This document shows positions 37,025 through 52,877 of a DNA stretch of 64,000 nt, piece by piece. The stretch lies in assembly GCA_965153285.1 (NCBI GenBank), contig OZ229119.1. One strand, written 5' to 3'. Both the position numbers and the translations under genes were made by a program. This stretch comes from Podarcis tiliguerta. Lineage: Eukaryota. The notes under the pieces are model-generated. The model saw only the letters and a program-made list of their open reading frames with translations. It did no database searches and had not been told where the DNA came from. Numbering within the stretch: the stretch's first letter is position 1; every line of letters begins with the position of its first letter.

Positions 37025-39209
37025 TCAAACAGCATGCTGCAATCTGGGTGCACTGCAATTTAGTAAGTTATATTAGGAAATGATGAGATAACAGCAGAGC
37101 GCAGAAAACGCTCAACATCCAGAACTGTAGAATGTGACACAGTTTCAGTGAGCACAACTATATAAATAACCAGAGGAATTTATAAATGTTAACTAGTCAC
37201 AAAGGAAAATACTACATTGGTTTTCTGTACAAGCTTGTGCTTGCTGAACACAACAGAATTTTGGGCTACCTTAAAGCAGCTTTAAAATAACAACAAAGAA
37301 TGACTTAAAAAAAGATGGGAAACAGAAAGGGGCTGAGAAAGGCTTTCACAGTGAAAACAGACAAAATGTAACCTACATTACATCTACCCTTCTCTCCTCA
37401 TAGTCATAAGTTTTTGTTCCGTCATATGAATCTACTTACTTTTAATTCTATTCTTTTTACGTTTTACCACTTTTCTGTAAGCTAGAGTAGGTATTTTAGC
37501 ATATGTATGGGAACACGCACAAACAGAACCTTCTTTGCAGTTTTCAATGCTTCAGGTTTCACAGTCAACAAGGCAAGCTGCTTTTAAAACAGAGCATCTG
37601 CTTTCCTCATAACTGAAACAGCAGCAATGAAAATGATAAAGAAAGCTGTATCTGAGCAACTGGTTCCCTCATGTACTCTTTAAGAGTTGCTTTGGAGATT
37701 ATGGCCTTCCAAAAAACTTTGAAGTTCTTAAAAAATTGCAATGTATGTACATAATTTGGGCTTCTTCCATGTGAAATTTATAAGAAGTAGGGCCCCATAA
37801 TAAAATGTCTTGTGCGTGTGCGTGGAAGAGGGTGAAAAAATCAAAAACTAGCATCAAAGGACAAGATTCCCTGCTCTAACTTCATATATAGTATAAGTAA
37901 TTTTAAAGTGCAACCAGTCTGCATGCAAGTCAAAAGAGCATAAGGCTTCTTCATGCAAATAAGTGGTCTGATAACACTTAAACAGATTGGCCATTGCTGG
38001 AAGCTGGTAGATAAAATGTTTTTCCTCTGGGAATTCAAACCAGTGCAGCTTCATTTCTGACCTGCAATAGTAACAGTAGATCACACTGCGGAGTTTGGAA
38101 AGCTACCCTCTTTAAGCACAGCCTTCTGATCTGCAGTAGAGGTATGATACAGCAGGGCCACTGATTACTATATTCAGTCTATCCTGTAATGTGAGGATAT
38201 TGTGGGGGTAAAACTATATGTGCAATAGGAGTCCCATATGACTGGATACCATTGCAGGCTTGCTGGAAGTCACTGAACTGTAGCATTCAATGTGAATTGC
38301 ACTTCAGAGCCATTATAAACCACTTTCCCCTGTCTACAGGTTATTCCAGTCAGTAACATGAGCACAATGAACTACATTGACTTTGGATTTTTAAAAATGT
38401 TTCATACTAAAAAAGAACTGAGTTATAAAAAGCAGGAACTCTTTGCTGTTAACTTTTGCATTTTGGAGGTGGTGGTGGAGTAGACACACTTGTGCCCAAT
38501 CCCAGTACCTTTAAAATCTTGGCTTTCACCATTTATTTCTATTGGCAGCTTTCATTTCCATACACTGGGACATCTGTGAACCAGGAAATTACCTATCCAG
38601 GCAATGACTGTTCTCATCGCCCTTCTTATATCTGTCCCTTACTCCCTCCTCCTTTCCAGCGACTCTATTCTATTCTTCCTCTGACATAGTTTTCTGTTGT
38701 TTTCAGCCATAATCCCATGCCCATTGAGCATGCCCAGTCCTCAATGGACTATACTGGTTCCTTCTTGTAAAGATTTCCAGTACTTCTGCAAACCTCATGG
38801 TTCTCCTGTCCTGAGTTGGCTGATACTTCCCTCTTATGTATGGGTGCTGCCATTTTGCCTATGTAAGTGTGGGAACTCATTCCTGACGATTAAAAATACA
38901 ATCTAAGTGGATCAGGTAAGTTAAGCCATTATGTATTTTGTGATGATTGATCAATTTGCAGGTCATAATTGTTTGAGAAGCAATGCCAATTACCTTCCTG
39001 CAAAGACAGTTAAGGAGGACAGGGTGCATGTGCCCTCTTCATTCTTATTTTCCTTCTATCCCTATCTACTGTTTTACATCTCAGCCTTGTATTTCATTTG
39101 ACCCTTGCTTTCTCAAAGTCTCCATGACTTTGATACCATAAACTTTACTTCTTGATGAAATATATTTCTAGGTAATTTCCTAGACTGATATGAAAGTAGA
39201 ATAGAGTCA

Positions 39210-39341
<132 letters not shown>

Positions 39342-40082
39342 TTAACATGATTCATAGCAAGTGACTCTAGTAGATGAAAAACAATGTAAGTTGTCGGTCA
39401 AATGTGGGTATTTTAGAACATCAGAAAAGAGGCAGCAGTACTGTACATTGACAAGGGAAGTTCAGTATCACATTTTTTATTCATTCAATTATTTCTAGGG
39501 TACCTTTCAAGACTGAAGCCTTTCCAAGGAGGCACACATTAATATGCAGCTTCATCAGTGAATATTGAAAACATACAATCCAATCCAAATTACAACAGAA
39601 CATTCAATTTAAATAAGTCCAATAAGCCCATTAAGATAAACTCTTGAATTTCCATCTTTGTTATATCATGACAGAAATGGCTGCAGCATGACAAATTTAT
39701 AAAAGCCAGTCAACTAAGTATGCAGTAAATGATATAAGTTTTCCCACTGTCCGCCACAGTGGGGTGAACAGATTCCCTTCCTCCACAACTGCTGGGACTG
39801 GAATGGGCTTGTGAGCTCAGCACAGGTTGGGGAATAAAGTTGTCCTCCACTAGGCTACTGTAAGGTAGCAAAGCACAATCTCTCACCCTCACTAGCTGTG
39901 ATGGGTCTAAAATGAGTTGAGCATTATTGGAGGCACAGGGTTGTATCCAGTATTAGTCATATGCAGCATGAGCCCACTGGAGTGAATAGACACACCTAAC
40001 CTCACACATCAGCATCCATGTTAGGTTGCTTCTCAAGTTTATGGGAAACGTTTAGTCTGATACAGAGAGGATTCTCCTAGAC

Positions 40083-40415
40083 CAGGGGTTGGCAAACTAA
40101 GGCACATGGGCCACAAGCGGCCCATAGGGGTCGTTTAACCGGACCATGGACTCCGCTGCCCGCTCAGTCGGCTCCCGTGCGCCGCATTAAACCAGCGCGG
40201 AGAAGAGAGGGACCACCTTCTGCGACGCTGGCCAGCTTTCAATGGCTGCAGGAAGCTCCTGCAGCCAATGGGAAGCTGCGCACACCTCCTCCGTGCCAGA
40301 AGGAGCGCTGGAAATAGTGTTTGCACATGCATGCACGCGCACACACACTCTGGCCCACCGCAGCGTCTGCGGGACCATGAACCGGTCCAAGCCACAAAAA
40401 CTTTGCCGACCCCTG
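40083..40415. mobile_element. hAT-type MITE in RBX1 intron 2 with perfect 8-bp TSD
   Basis: TIRs CAGGGGTTGGCAAA / TTTGCCGACCCCTG; TSD TCCTAGAC at 40075-40082 and 40416-40423. Confidence 0.92.
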
Positions 40416-40927
40416 TCCTAGACACAGAAGCCACTTGTTATCAAATCAAGCACTATAGTATACAAAGACCATTCAAATAGGGGAAGAGCTTGATTTAAAA
40501 TTTAATGATTTATTTATAGGAATTTCTATACCACTCAACGGTTAACATACCAGAATGGTATTTCTATAAGATCTAAGAGGCTAAATTAATTTTATAACCA
40601 TATTTTCTTTTCTGAAGTCATGGTTTTTGCTACTACGTAAGGAAGTTCAGTTCAGTGAGGGTCTGGGGATAAAGAAGAGAGTTCTGAAGCCTATGACACC
40701 ACAATAAATAGAGTTCCTAGGAGGAAACAAGTACAATTAGTTTAAATTTACATTGCAAATGTAGTTGTAATTGTAATTGCTGCCATAACTCCATCTCTGT
40801 AACTTAACATCACAATTCATCAAGAGTCACTGGGGCAGCTGCAAAGTTATTTCCGTCATCACTTCCATTCACTTTGCCATGAACCTGCCCATACATAGTT
40901 ATACTGCTTACCTCCTACCTCTATCTA

Positions 40928-41017
<90 letters not shown>

Positions 41018-41599
41018 CTACAAGAATAAAAGACATTTATCTGAAATGCATACCAATAATTTTTGAATGAAATGACTTTCTCCATTCCTTGCAATCATTC
41101 CTCCCGATTCAAATATTAACTTTTCATCCATAGAATTAGCAACAGAATTATCACTAGATTTTTTGTGTGCAGTAATCCCTATAACTGAGACAGGGGGTTT
41201 CACATATATAACTGCGGATCTCAAAACTGGGTAAAGTGACAGTAAGCCACACTTCATAATGACAAGTTTAACTTGCTCCTGCCACTTTTATGAACCAGAA
41301 GTGTTATAATTACCTTTTTAACTACACTAACTAGTACTAAATAGATTAGGAACTAGCTAACTATTCAATGGCGTGAACTATAACCGAGTTATAGAAGAGC
41401 CAGTTTCCTGGCGTTTTCATCACTTCCTCCATGACTCTGGTAACTTCAAAATAAAGATGCGTATCCCGCCATACCCCCTCCCCACAAGGTTGACTTACTC
41501 CACTACGTGTAGCTCAAGTCAAAGAGAAGAGAAGGGTCAGTAACGACAGCTCCCTCTCAAATGGGACTTGCGAGTAGAGTTCACGGAAACTAGGCCTCC

Positions 41600-43050
<1,451 letters not shown>

Positions 43051-43475
43051 AAGCTAGGGTAACTTCAAACAAGTTGCACCAGGGCATTATAAGCCACTTC
43101 TTATACTCCATATGCGCCTTCCTTCTTTTGATATCTGGGGGAGCAATAGGTGAGGTTCCCTAGGCCCCTGGCAACAACCCATCAGGAAAAGAGAAACGGA
43201 GTGCAAGAAAACGCCACCATCGCACTTAACACTGATGCTCCAAAAGCTACAATAAGATGTACACTTAGTTGAAATTAAGTGCCATTGAACTGAGTGGGAT
43301 TTATCTCTGTACATATAAATACGATTGGCCTGCATGGTTGATCTTATTTGCCCCTGCACTAGCAGTGTCCACAAGAGCGTATATGCAGCAAACAGAGACT
43401 TTTTCAAATCCAGGAACCAGGCTAATCTGGTTGGCCACAGCATTCTTCCCGGTGGATACTAACAGGACCACAGTA

Positions 43476-43717
43476 CAGTGGTACCTCGGGTTACATATGC
43501 TTAAGGTTACATAGGCTTCAGGTTACAGACTCTGCTAACCCAGAAATAGTGCTTCAGGTTAAGGACTTTGCTTCTGGATGAGAACAGAAATCGTGCTCTG
43601 GCGGCGCGGCAGCAGCAGGAGGCCCCATAAGCTAAAGTGGTGCTTCAGGTTAAGAACAGTTTCAGGTTAAGTACGGACCTCCGGAATGAATTAAGTACTT
43701 AATCCGAGGTACCACTG
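43476..43717. mobile_element. Tc1/mariner MITE (same family as 51215-51445, opposite orientation)
   Basis: TA-CAGTGGTACCTCGG...CCGAGGTACCACTG-TA. Confidence 0.9.
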
Positions 43718-43848
43718 TACTAGAAATAAAGAAAACATTTAAGAATATTGTTTAAGACTCATATTCTCTTTTCCAACTCTTTTCTTTGTAAATTGCGAGC
43801 TGTTTAGTGTACAGTATAAACTTGTTGAGAATTTTGAATTCTAACTTG

Positions 43849-44089
43849 TAGTCATAGCTTGGATCCCAAATGCCTTGCGAGTCAAACGTTTTGGCTCCTG
43901 AACACAGCAGACCCAGAAGTGAGTGTTCTGGTTTGTGAACGTTCTTTGGAACCTGAACGTCCGGCACGGCTTCCGATTGGTTGCAGGAGCTTCTTGCAGC
44001 CAATCAGAAGCCACGCCTTGGTTTCCGAATGTTTTGGAAGTCGAATGGACTTCCGGAACGGATTCTGTTCAACTTCCAAGGTACAACTG
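43849..44089. mobile_element. Tc1/mariner MITE, second family (sister copy 47986-48235)
   Basis: Degenerate CAGTCGTACC TIRs; shared GGAAGTCGAA.GGACTTCC.GAA.GGATT core. Confidence 0.8.
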
Positions 44090-44794
44090 TACTAACAAAC
44101 CCTTCCTACAGTTGCTTTTGAACTCTCCTTTGCCATGTGTTTACACTTAAGATGCTGTTTTCCAGGTACCAAAAACATGTCTAAAATGTACATAGTTTTA
44201 GGGTACACAACACACCTGCAAAGATTATTGTAAAATCTAACTTTAGTAGATCTAGTTTTATACAACAGGAAGAAGAATGCAATGTTTCTGCAACAGCCAA
44301 GAATGTTTTTAAATTGGTCATGTTAACCATCTGGTGGGGCCCTGGCCTAAAATGTGGAATAGTTAAAATAAATAAATCCCTACAATACTCAGGGATTTGG
44401 AAATTGGAGATTTAAAATAAATAAATAAAACTCTTCCCAGATTATAATTAATTTGTATGAAGTTTTAGATTGCCAAAGTATCAGTGTTATCATAGAAGAT
44501 AAGGCTAATACTCCAGGTATGGGAGGGAACCAGTGGAGGAATAAGGTTCGCAAGGTCAAATAAATATTACAGATACCTCATGATTCTAAGCTACACCTGC
44601 TAAAATGACCTCTTTCCTGAATGTTTCAGGAGCTCTGACCATTTCTATTTGGCCTCCTTAACTAAAATATTACAGTATAATGCACAAGTGTAGCTTAGGA
44701 CTAACTGCATGTAAATGAATTAATAACTAGAGGCCTGAGTGCTGCTGCGTCACATTTTAGAAGAAACAAAGTCAATATGATATTACAACATTTT

Positions 44795-44800
44795 TTTATT
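44795..44800 (-). terminator. XPNPEP3: Candidate distal XPNPEP3 poly(A) signal (proximal candidate at 47141-47146)
   Basis: AATAAA followed about 20 nt later by GU-rich TGACTTTGTTTCTTC. The intervening 44.8-47.6 kb is U-rich on the minus strand and repeat-poor. Confidence 0.45.
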
Positions 44801-47662
44801 TGGTAGCACGTATCTTTTAGACTCTAAGGACTTCAGCTAGTATTTGACAAAAAGTAACAGTATTTAAGTTACATGAAAGCTGTATTCATTCTACAAACAT
44901 TACATACAAAATAGAATGTAAGTACTTTATATCTGTATTCTGTCTTACAGCTTTTAAAACAATGAGAATAGTAGAAATAGAGACTGAAATGTCCAATAAG
45001 AGGGCTAAAGTTTGCTAAATACTTCCTTCAACAAACAGAAAACACCACTTCAAGCTTTTGACCACAGTTCTGTAAAAACTGCAGCAAATACAATTAAACT
45101 GTTTAGTCTAGCTTTCTAGTCAGTGTATCAATAGATAAAGTAACTTGTGTATAAGGCCTTGCAACAAAAGAGGAGTAATACAATATTTTGGGCAAAGAGA
45201 ACTAAGAGGGAAAATGTAGATCCCAGATATATCTTTCTTCTCTGTAGAAATTATTTTATCCCTACTAGGCAATATCCTCACATTTTGCCCAGCCAATTTA
45301 TCCTTTTTATAAAGGGCCTCTTAATGCCTTATCGCCAAGATTTCCCCCCCCCCCCACCTAACTGCTGATGTTCTGTAGTATAGACACACACTTCCAACTT
45401 CATCCTCCAGTTGGTGAATGCCCTAAGGGCCAAAAAGAGAATCAGCCAAGCAACCTTCTTTACAAGTTCTTTATACCACCAGTTCTCAAAGGAGGGCAAA
45501 GCTCACTTTTCCCCTCACTGCTACCTGCCCCACACCCACCACAGGTGGACAGCAACCAGTGAAATGTAAACATGTCGGCAGGCAGGTGTTGAACAAGTCA
45601 TCATGGCAAAAGGAACATGAGCTGCCTTTACCTCAGGGAGGATCAGCCTAGCATCCGGCTGGAACAGAAGCATATAAGATTCCTGAAGTGTGCCTTCTTG
45701 TATGCGTTTTCTGTGCTGCAGCCTCACAGAGGAGCAGCTAAAAATTGTACATCCTAAGTCCTTTCTTTTACAAAACCTAATGCTTAAATTTAGATGCTGT
45801 TGTCCTTTTCAAAAAATAATACATAGCTGTACATACTCATTTAAGTCTAGAATATTTAAAAAAGAAGGATATACCTTCTGCTATTGGTAGAAAACTAGAA
45901 AGTCCCAATTTCAGTAGTGCTATCACAAGAAGATGAGCACTGATGGGCAAAATGCCTTCTGACTGGCAATCACATAATCAGAGTTTTAAAGCAATGTTTT
46001 TAAACGACACCTTTTACTGATATAGATTTTTTTTTTTGGTTCACATCAGAATAAAATATTCTGTACATTATATATAAATATATATATTATAATAATACTC
46101 TTTACAAATATAAAATATCTCATTCAGAGATCCAAAAAGTGCTACAGACAAAGTCTGGTTGCTGGATAGTTCTGTAACATTTTCTCCTTTACATTCAAAT
46201 GTAAAAGATTTCTGTTGATCTAACTAAAACAAAACTTTGCTTTAATCTCATTCACATTAGTTTTCATTTTTTGATCTTGTGCAGGCAAGACAACTTTTTA
46301 AAAAATCACATTTATCTAAGGATCGCATCCTGCCTTACACTGGGTATGAATACCCAAATACAAAATACTGATACCTTGCATTAGTTCAGAATGATGCAGT
46401 CACATTTAAATTGTTGCATTTCTCAGGGAAAAAATATGGAAGTGGAGAATTTATCATTGCCTGGTCACCATCTCTCTGTATTTGGCCAAGGAAACTTACA
46501 CATGGCTTATATTCTAAAGGTGGTGATGAGATTTCTGCAAATTCCCCACTCCCAATGCAGCTCTCTGCATCATGTCCCACAACATTCCCAATAGTCCCAC
46601 AACCCTAAAGAGAAGATTTTTGGAGGATTCAGTGGGCTGTAAATAGAAGGAGTCAGAAAATCTCATTCTGTGAACATGAATGAATTTTGCCCTTTTCAGG
46701 GAAGGAAAGTTAGGTTCTAAGATACTGAATGCAAAATGCACATATTATGTACTTGGTTATCTACACCTAAATACAAACAGTTCCAGAATGTCCTTGCTAA
46801 TGACTCTTCAAAGAACCAAGGAAAAAGAGGCAGAAAACGTACAGAAAAAAGTAACCCAAACCCCACGGCAAGCTTCCTCAGTGAAACTACATGCAAGCCC
46901 ACCAAACTAGCTTATACACCTAAAACTGTCATTTGTATGCCTTGTACTGACTGAACTAAAAGTTAGGTCTGCTTAAGCTCACTATATCAATGCTCTTAGG
47001 CACACCTCATTTTCATAGGATTGGGTTGTGAGTTGTTATTCACAGAATGACTTTGACACCATTTCCTAAAGCTAAAGCTCTTCTTTTGCCTTCAAAGAAA
47101 GAAATGTTACTTAAATGTTAAGGTTTTGTCTCTCGGTTTTTTTATTCATCAGCTGGAGCATTTGCGCTGCTGCCTTCAGAAGACCACCTTTCGCAAGGGA
47201 GAAAAAGGAAAGAACACTCTTTTCCTGCTTTTGAAATTAATACAAAGGACAATCTCATCAGAAGCCGGAATCCAGCTCTGCCCCCACAACCCAATCTGAG
47301 AAACTAAGGAACAACCATGCCATAATTCAATATATCACTGTAAGTGACAAACAAGATTTGCACAGGGGCAATAAATAGTCCAGATGGTGGGATGTGAAAT
47401 CCAGCTTCTGTGCCTGATTTGCCTTAACATTTGCATCAAAGTTGACGACTTGTCATGGAACTACATTTTCCCCACTTAAATACTTTGTTCATGCTGTCCA
47501 AGAATATTTACACACATTTCCCTGCAGGTAACATTTTTCCAGCGGCACCACTCTAAAAATCCTATAAATACACTATAAAGTCTGTAAAGGACTATATAAT
47601 GTTTGGGAGAGCATATTTCTTGATCTGTACCTGAGCAAGGTGTCAAAGGCAGTGAAGGACAG

Positions 47663-47829
47663 TCAAGGGCGGCAGTCACAAACCTGCTCAATGTCATAGA
47701 TCTCCTTTGGGCAGTCTGCAGACAGGATTAATGGTGTGTTCTCTGTCACTACAACATCATCTTCTATGCGTATGCCAATGCCGCGAAATCTTTCAGGGGC
47801 ACTCACATCATCCTCGGGGATGTAGATGC
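47663..47829 (-). CDS. XPNPEP3: XPNPEP3 last coding exon (GIYIPEDD...[11 protein letters not shown]...QVCDCRP*)
   Basis: GIRIEDD metal-ligand motif; CAG|GC acceptor; TGA at 47665-47663. Confidence 0.97.
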
Positions 47830-47985
47830 CTGGAAATAAATGTGGCAATCCAAAACTAAAGGGCCTGGGTTAAAAACTATGTCACAAATATGCAGCATGT
47901 CACTAATGATTTATTGTAAAACATTTATAAGCCACTTCATATTTCAGCAAAACTAGCAGAATTTAGAAGGCAGGATACATGAATA

Positions 47986-48235
47986 CAGTCGTACCTCAGC
48001 TCCCAGACACCTTGGGAGTCAAACGTTCCGGCTCCCGAACAATCAAAAACCGGAAGTGAGTGTTCAGATTTCCAAATGGTTTTTTGGAAGCTGAACGTCT
48101 GGTGTGGCTTCCACTATTGTTTCTGGTACGCCTGTGCAATCAGAAACCAATCGGAAGCCGTGCCTTGGTTTCCGAATGTTTGGAAGTCGAACGGACTTCC
48201 AGAATGGATTCCGTTTGACTTTCAAGGTATGACGG
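47986..48235. mobile_element. Tc1/mariner MITE in the last XPNPEP3 intron
   Basis: TA-CAGTCGTACC...GGTATGACGG-TA. Confidence 0.85.
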
Positions 48236-50146
48236 TAAAGGCTTCATTTTCTTAGATTAAGGAATCAACTGTCCAGTCCTGCAATTGCACTCATCTTCAA
48301 CCCTAATACAAATATATGACAGGACTGAGGAGGGCTATGTGGGCTCACACTAGAGAAAAGACTCTAAACAAGCAAGAAGATTGTGAGAAATAGCTTTGTC
48401 CAGTAGTGGTACAATACAAGGACACAGAACTCTGCATATTGCATTCGTTGGTACAAGATGGAGGTGGGTGACATAGTCTATTGGTTAGTTATTCATGTCT
48501 CTGCAGATGCCTGCTGTACAGTGTGGACCAGTTGTATAGTGTAAAAAGAAAAGATTTGCTGATAGTTTTCAAATATGAAAAAGGCTGTCAGAAGAAGAAG
48601 AGCACTTAGCCACCAAATCCACTGAAATTTATGTGCAACTTGTTTAAATCACAGAGGAAAAGGCGTAGAGTAGTGGTCCCCAAACATTTTCCCCCTCTCA
48701 GACCACTTGCAAATTGCCAAGCGTCTTGGCAGATCACTTAATGTTTTTTCTGTTTGTTGTAGCAATTTCAATTCACTAGGCAAGGTGCTGTATGATTTCT
48801 TATAGAATTTTTATTGACATGTCACAGACCCTTGAATGAAGCAGGCTCATGGACCACAGTTTGGGAACCCCTAATGGAGAGTTTATGCAGTAGGAAGAAC
48901 CTCCCCGTTCTTAGCCCCAATTCATACATTTGCCTTTTAATGAGGGATCACATTGAAATCAGTTCTCCATTGGCTTGAGTAGCTGCTTGCCTTGAGAAGA
49001 TTGATAGGCCTTGAGATGCTCCTGTGAGCCCTATCCTGACCCACACTTTAGGCAAGGTGAGATCTGCCACTGCTCATTCAGTGTCACACCAGTGTAGAAT
49101 GCTGTGGCTATTCAGCTAGGTCAGTAATCTTGGTTTCTAATACAGGTATTTTTATTAACAAGGGCTGCCAAGGCAGTTTACAAAACCAAATTCAGAAAAC
49201 TAAACAGTAACAGAATTAAAGCAGAGCATTGAAAACCGAAAAGGGTAGAATTAAAACCCACAGCCTCCAATTAAAAACTATTAAAAGTCTCCACTGCTTG
49301 CCTAACAGTCATCAGGGAAGAGCCAGTCTAACTTCCCTAAGGAAGGTAATTTTATAATGGGACCTGCCACAGAAAAGGCTCTGTCCCCCATTCCCACCAA
49401 CTGAACCTCTTTTGCTGATGGAAGATGATTTCAAACTAAAAGCAGCTTTGTATTGTTCTTGCTAGAAAAAAAACCAGTAACATGCTGCACTACCATGCAG
49501 GAGAATATGAAATGTCAGTAGCAACTCTGAACTTACACAGTGATCCTAAATATATAACCATGATTCTGGGCCGTACCAATGCAGAGGTTTTTCTGGGGGT
49601 TTTCTCATTAAGTGCATCAAGTGTTTTCTTCTTGTAGAAGACACAGCTAAGATACATCCACAGTAGAATAAAGCTTGTGGAATCTCTTTCCTTAACAGAT
49701 GTTAATGAACTAACCTGGCCCAACCAACAGTATTGCAAGTTCAACTGAAATAATACCCTATTTTATGTGCTCAGAGAATTTTGGAAAAACGTAAGTTGTT
49801 GTGTTTAGTTTAGTGTCAGTGCCCCTAGCAGCTCAAGTCTTGCTCAGCCCTCAGGTTATTGTCCTAGGTTTTACCAGATGCTGCCTACATGTCTCCTAGC
49901 TTTTCATCGTTGCTTTAAAAGCTAGAAATGTAAGAACTTTAGAAATGTGAGAACTAGGACTCTCAGGATGGCAAGTTAGGAGAAAATACCATATATGCCA
50001 ACCGAATGGCAATTCTGTGAACCCATGGTATACATGCACATACATGTATGTTTATAGTTGTAGGCATTTGTATACACAAGTGTCTATACATGCACACACA
50101 GTCCTGCAAACTTTATTCCAGCATTGTTGAGAAGGTGTATTTTTAC

Positions 50147-50267
50147 CTGGCTCAATGGTGATCACCATGCCTGGCTGGAGGGGGATCGATCGAGATACAT
50201 CAGGGGTGTCGTGAACATCCATTCCCAGATAATGTCCTACATGATGAGGGCAGTATTTCCGAACAGC
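50147..50267 (-). CDS. XPNPEP3: XPNPEP3 exon 9 (121 nt; [40 protein letters not shown])
   Basis: HxxGHxLGxDVHD and TIEPG catalytic motifs; canonical splice sites. Confidence 0.97.
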
Positions 50268-51214
50268 CTACAAGACAAGGACATGTTCCTAAAGTAAGCA
50301 AAATGTGAAGGGATGCACACATTCAGTGCTGAGAGTGGAAACATACATTGAAAGGGAAGTATGCAACTAATTCATAGTTCTTGCTTCTGTACAACTAGCA
50401 TCATTTGATTCCTCTCATTTGCCTTCTTGTTCCTGAGCCTCTCACACAAAACAAAAATGCTTTGGTCCCAACGTTCAAATTCACAGGCAGCTGGTTGAAG
50501 ATAAAAAGGAAGCCTCTAACACAAACAATATAAGGAACGTATTGTTGTGACTACAACTAGCTCAGTGACCTTCAAATGTTTTGCATTAAATTGCAGACCT
50601 ATCAGTAGGAATCAGCTTCAATAGCCAAAAATGCAACCTCCATTTTGAGATACAGTTTTTCTCTGACCTCTTAGGTGCACTTAAACTGTGCTCATGAAGC
50701 TCCCTGAAACATCTCCCTGACTACCACTGGAAGGCAGGAGTACTGCAGCTAAAAGGATCACTTGTCTGTCTCACCACAGTCATTCAGATTTCCCAACAGC
50801 TAATTCACAAAATGCTCTTTTTAACTGGGCAATGTGTAGAATCAGGATCTTCACCTTCTTCCAACCACTAGCCAACATAGCCAGTGGTTGGAATTGCTCC
50901 TAGTACTTGCCTTCTCCCAGTGAAGGGGAATAGGACGACACAAAGCGACTGCTGTCCATCTTGAGCAGACAAGTGCCTTTCTCTAGCAGGTTGTCCCCAG
51001 GGTTTGTTTTTGTTGCATGTGGGGAGCGCATTCTGCATTTTTTTGGTTTATTTGCTTCTGTACATTTTAATTGCTTTTTCGTATAAACAGAAGAAAACTA
51101 GGACAAATTCGGAAGTATTGCCACAAAGTTGCTATGTCTGATTTCCAACCAAACTGTAGCATGTATACTTTGCAAGTCTCTGCACACTGATATCACGCAA
51201 GCACTTTCACTGTA

Positions 51215-51445
51215 CAGTGGTACCTCAGGTTAAGAACTTAATTCATTCTGGAGGTCCATTCTTAACCTGAAACTGTTCTTAACCTGAAGTACAACTTTAG
51301 CTAATGGGGCCTCCTGCTGCCGCCACGCGATTTCTGTTCTCATCCTGAAGCAAAGTTCTTAACCCGAGATACTATTTCTGGGTTAGCGGAGTCTGTAACC
51401 TGAAGCGTCTGTAATCTGAAGTGTCTGTAACCCAAGGTACCGCTG
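51215..51445. mobile_element. Tc1/mariner MITE in XPNPEP3 intron
   Basis: TA-CAGTGGTACCTC...AAGGTACCGCTG-TA; internal sequence is the reverse complement of 43476-43717. Confidence 0.9.
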
Positions 51446-52877
51446 TACTCTATTTCCCACCAGCTTAGAACATTTTTGTTTTGCCAAGCCAATCCAGACA
51501 TGTAGATGTTGATGCATTTTAATCTCTTTTTCACTTGCATTTCATTGTTTTTAAATGTCTTTCATTACTTGTTTTTATTTAGTTTTAATATCTCTTTTAC
51601 ACCACTTAAGAGATTTTGTTACAATCAAGTGGAATATAAATTGTGTTAAATAAAATACTGCAATTCCCGCCCCTCAAGCCAAAATCTTCCTCCAAGTCAA
51701 CATGTTCTCAGGTGGCTGACAATAATTGCTTTGCACAGTAAATAAAAAAGAATGCCATGTGGAGTAAAGGTCTTCACTAGTGGTTTGAATTCTAAGCACT
51801 TTACATTTTTCTGTTAACTTCTCCATCAAGGCTAAGGTCTAATCTGTTTTTACCATTTGTCAAAGGAATTTAATGTACCTCCAATGTCTAGCTACAATGC
51901 GTTTGGCTGCCACAAAAAAGAAATATCAAGAAGTTCTTAATACATCAAATTCTCAGCCTCACCTTCATAAACTGAAAGCAGTGCTAGCTCAGTATTGTTG
52001 TCACTGAGCTGCAGTGACTCTCCAGGTTCTTTTCTACCTGGCAATGTCAGGGATTGAACCAGGGAGTATGTGAATGCAGCTGACTTATGGCTCATCCTCT
52101 GTGTGCATTTATAAAAGGATATATTCAGCCTGATCCAAGTCACAGGATTGGCTTGTACTTTGAACAGGGTCTCTCTAATTTGCAACATCTTTCAACGTAT
52201 CATAGAAAGGGAAGTGAATTTTACTTTTTTTAAAAGCTTCCTATAGATGTGAACATCTGATCTCCCTCAAATAATTCCAGGGAGTGGCAATCAAAAGAGG
52301 GAAATAACCTGTGCTGAAATACTATTTGTGCTTGTATCTGTCCATCAAAGAACAAAGCAAGAAAAACACACCTGTTGTGTGCAGCATTACCCAGCGAAGC
52401 AGAATCAAAGTGACTCGTTAGTAGACACTTCCAGAATGGTCGGATTCCTACTTTTTATGAGAACAAAATCCCTCTGTGAGCATACCTCCCGTAACTCACC
52501 ACTACCACAAAATGAAGCATTTCCCTCTCCTCGTCTGCCCCCTGTGGCAGTTCTGTTTAATGATATCACAGACAAGTTAGAACAGTCCCACCCTACTCAA
52601 CTGACACTTGTCAGGAATTAAACTATTGCATGCCTGACTTAGCTGAATGTTCTGCCATCTGCTGCACGGGAAAGGTACTGCTACCAACCCTTGGTTTTAC
52701 AAGACACATCCTTTCTGGACCTGCAACAATACCAGAAATCCCAGAAACACCCACATTGGCAGGAAGTTGGCACTTCAAAATTGCAATGGCCAGTTTTGAA
52801 GTGCCTGTTTGCTTTTTTTTTTTTTAATGGAGAAAGGCAGCAGATTGCTTCCTTCCATCATTATCTACTCAAAGTAC

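Noticed and set aside
47663-47686. XPNPEP3 C-terminus VCDCRP as CaaX or PTS1 signal
   Set aside because: Cys is not at position -4, and terminal Pro fits neither consensus.
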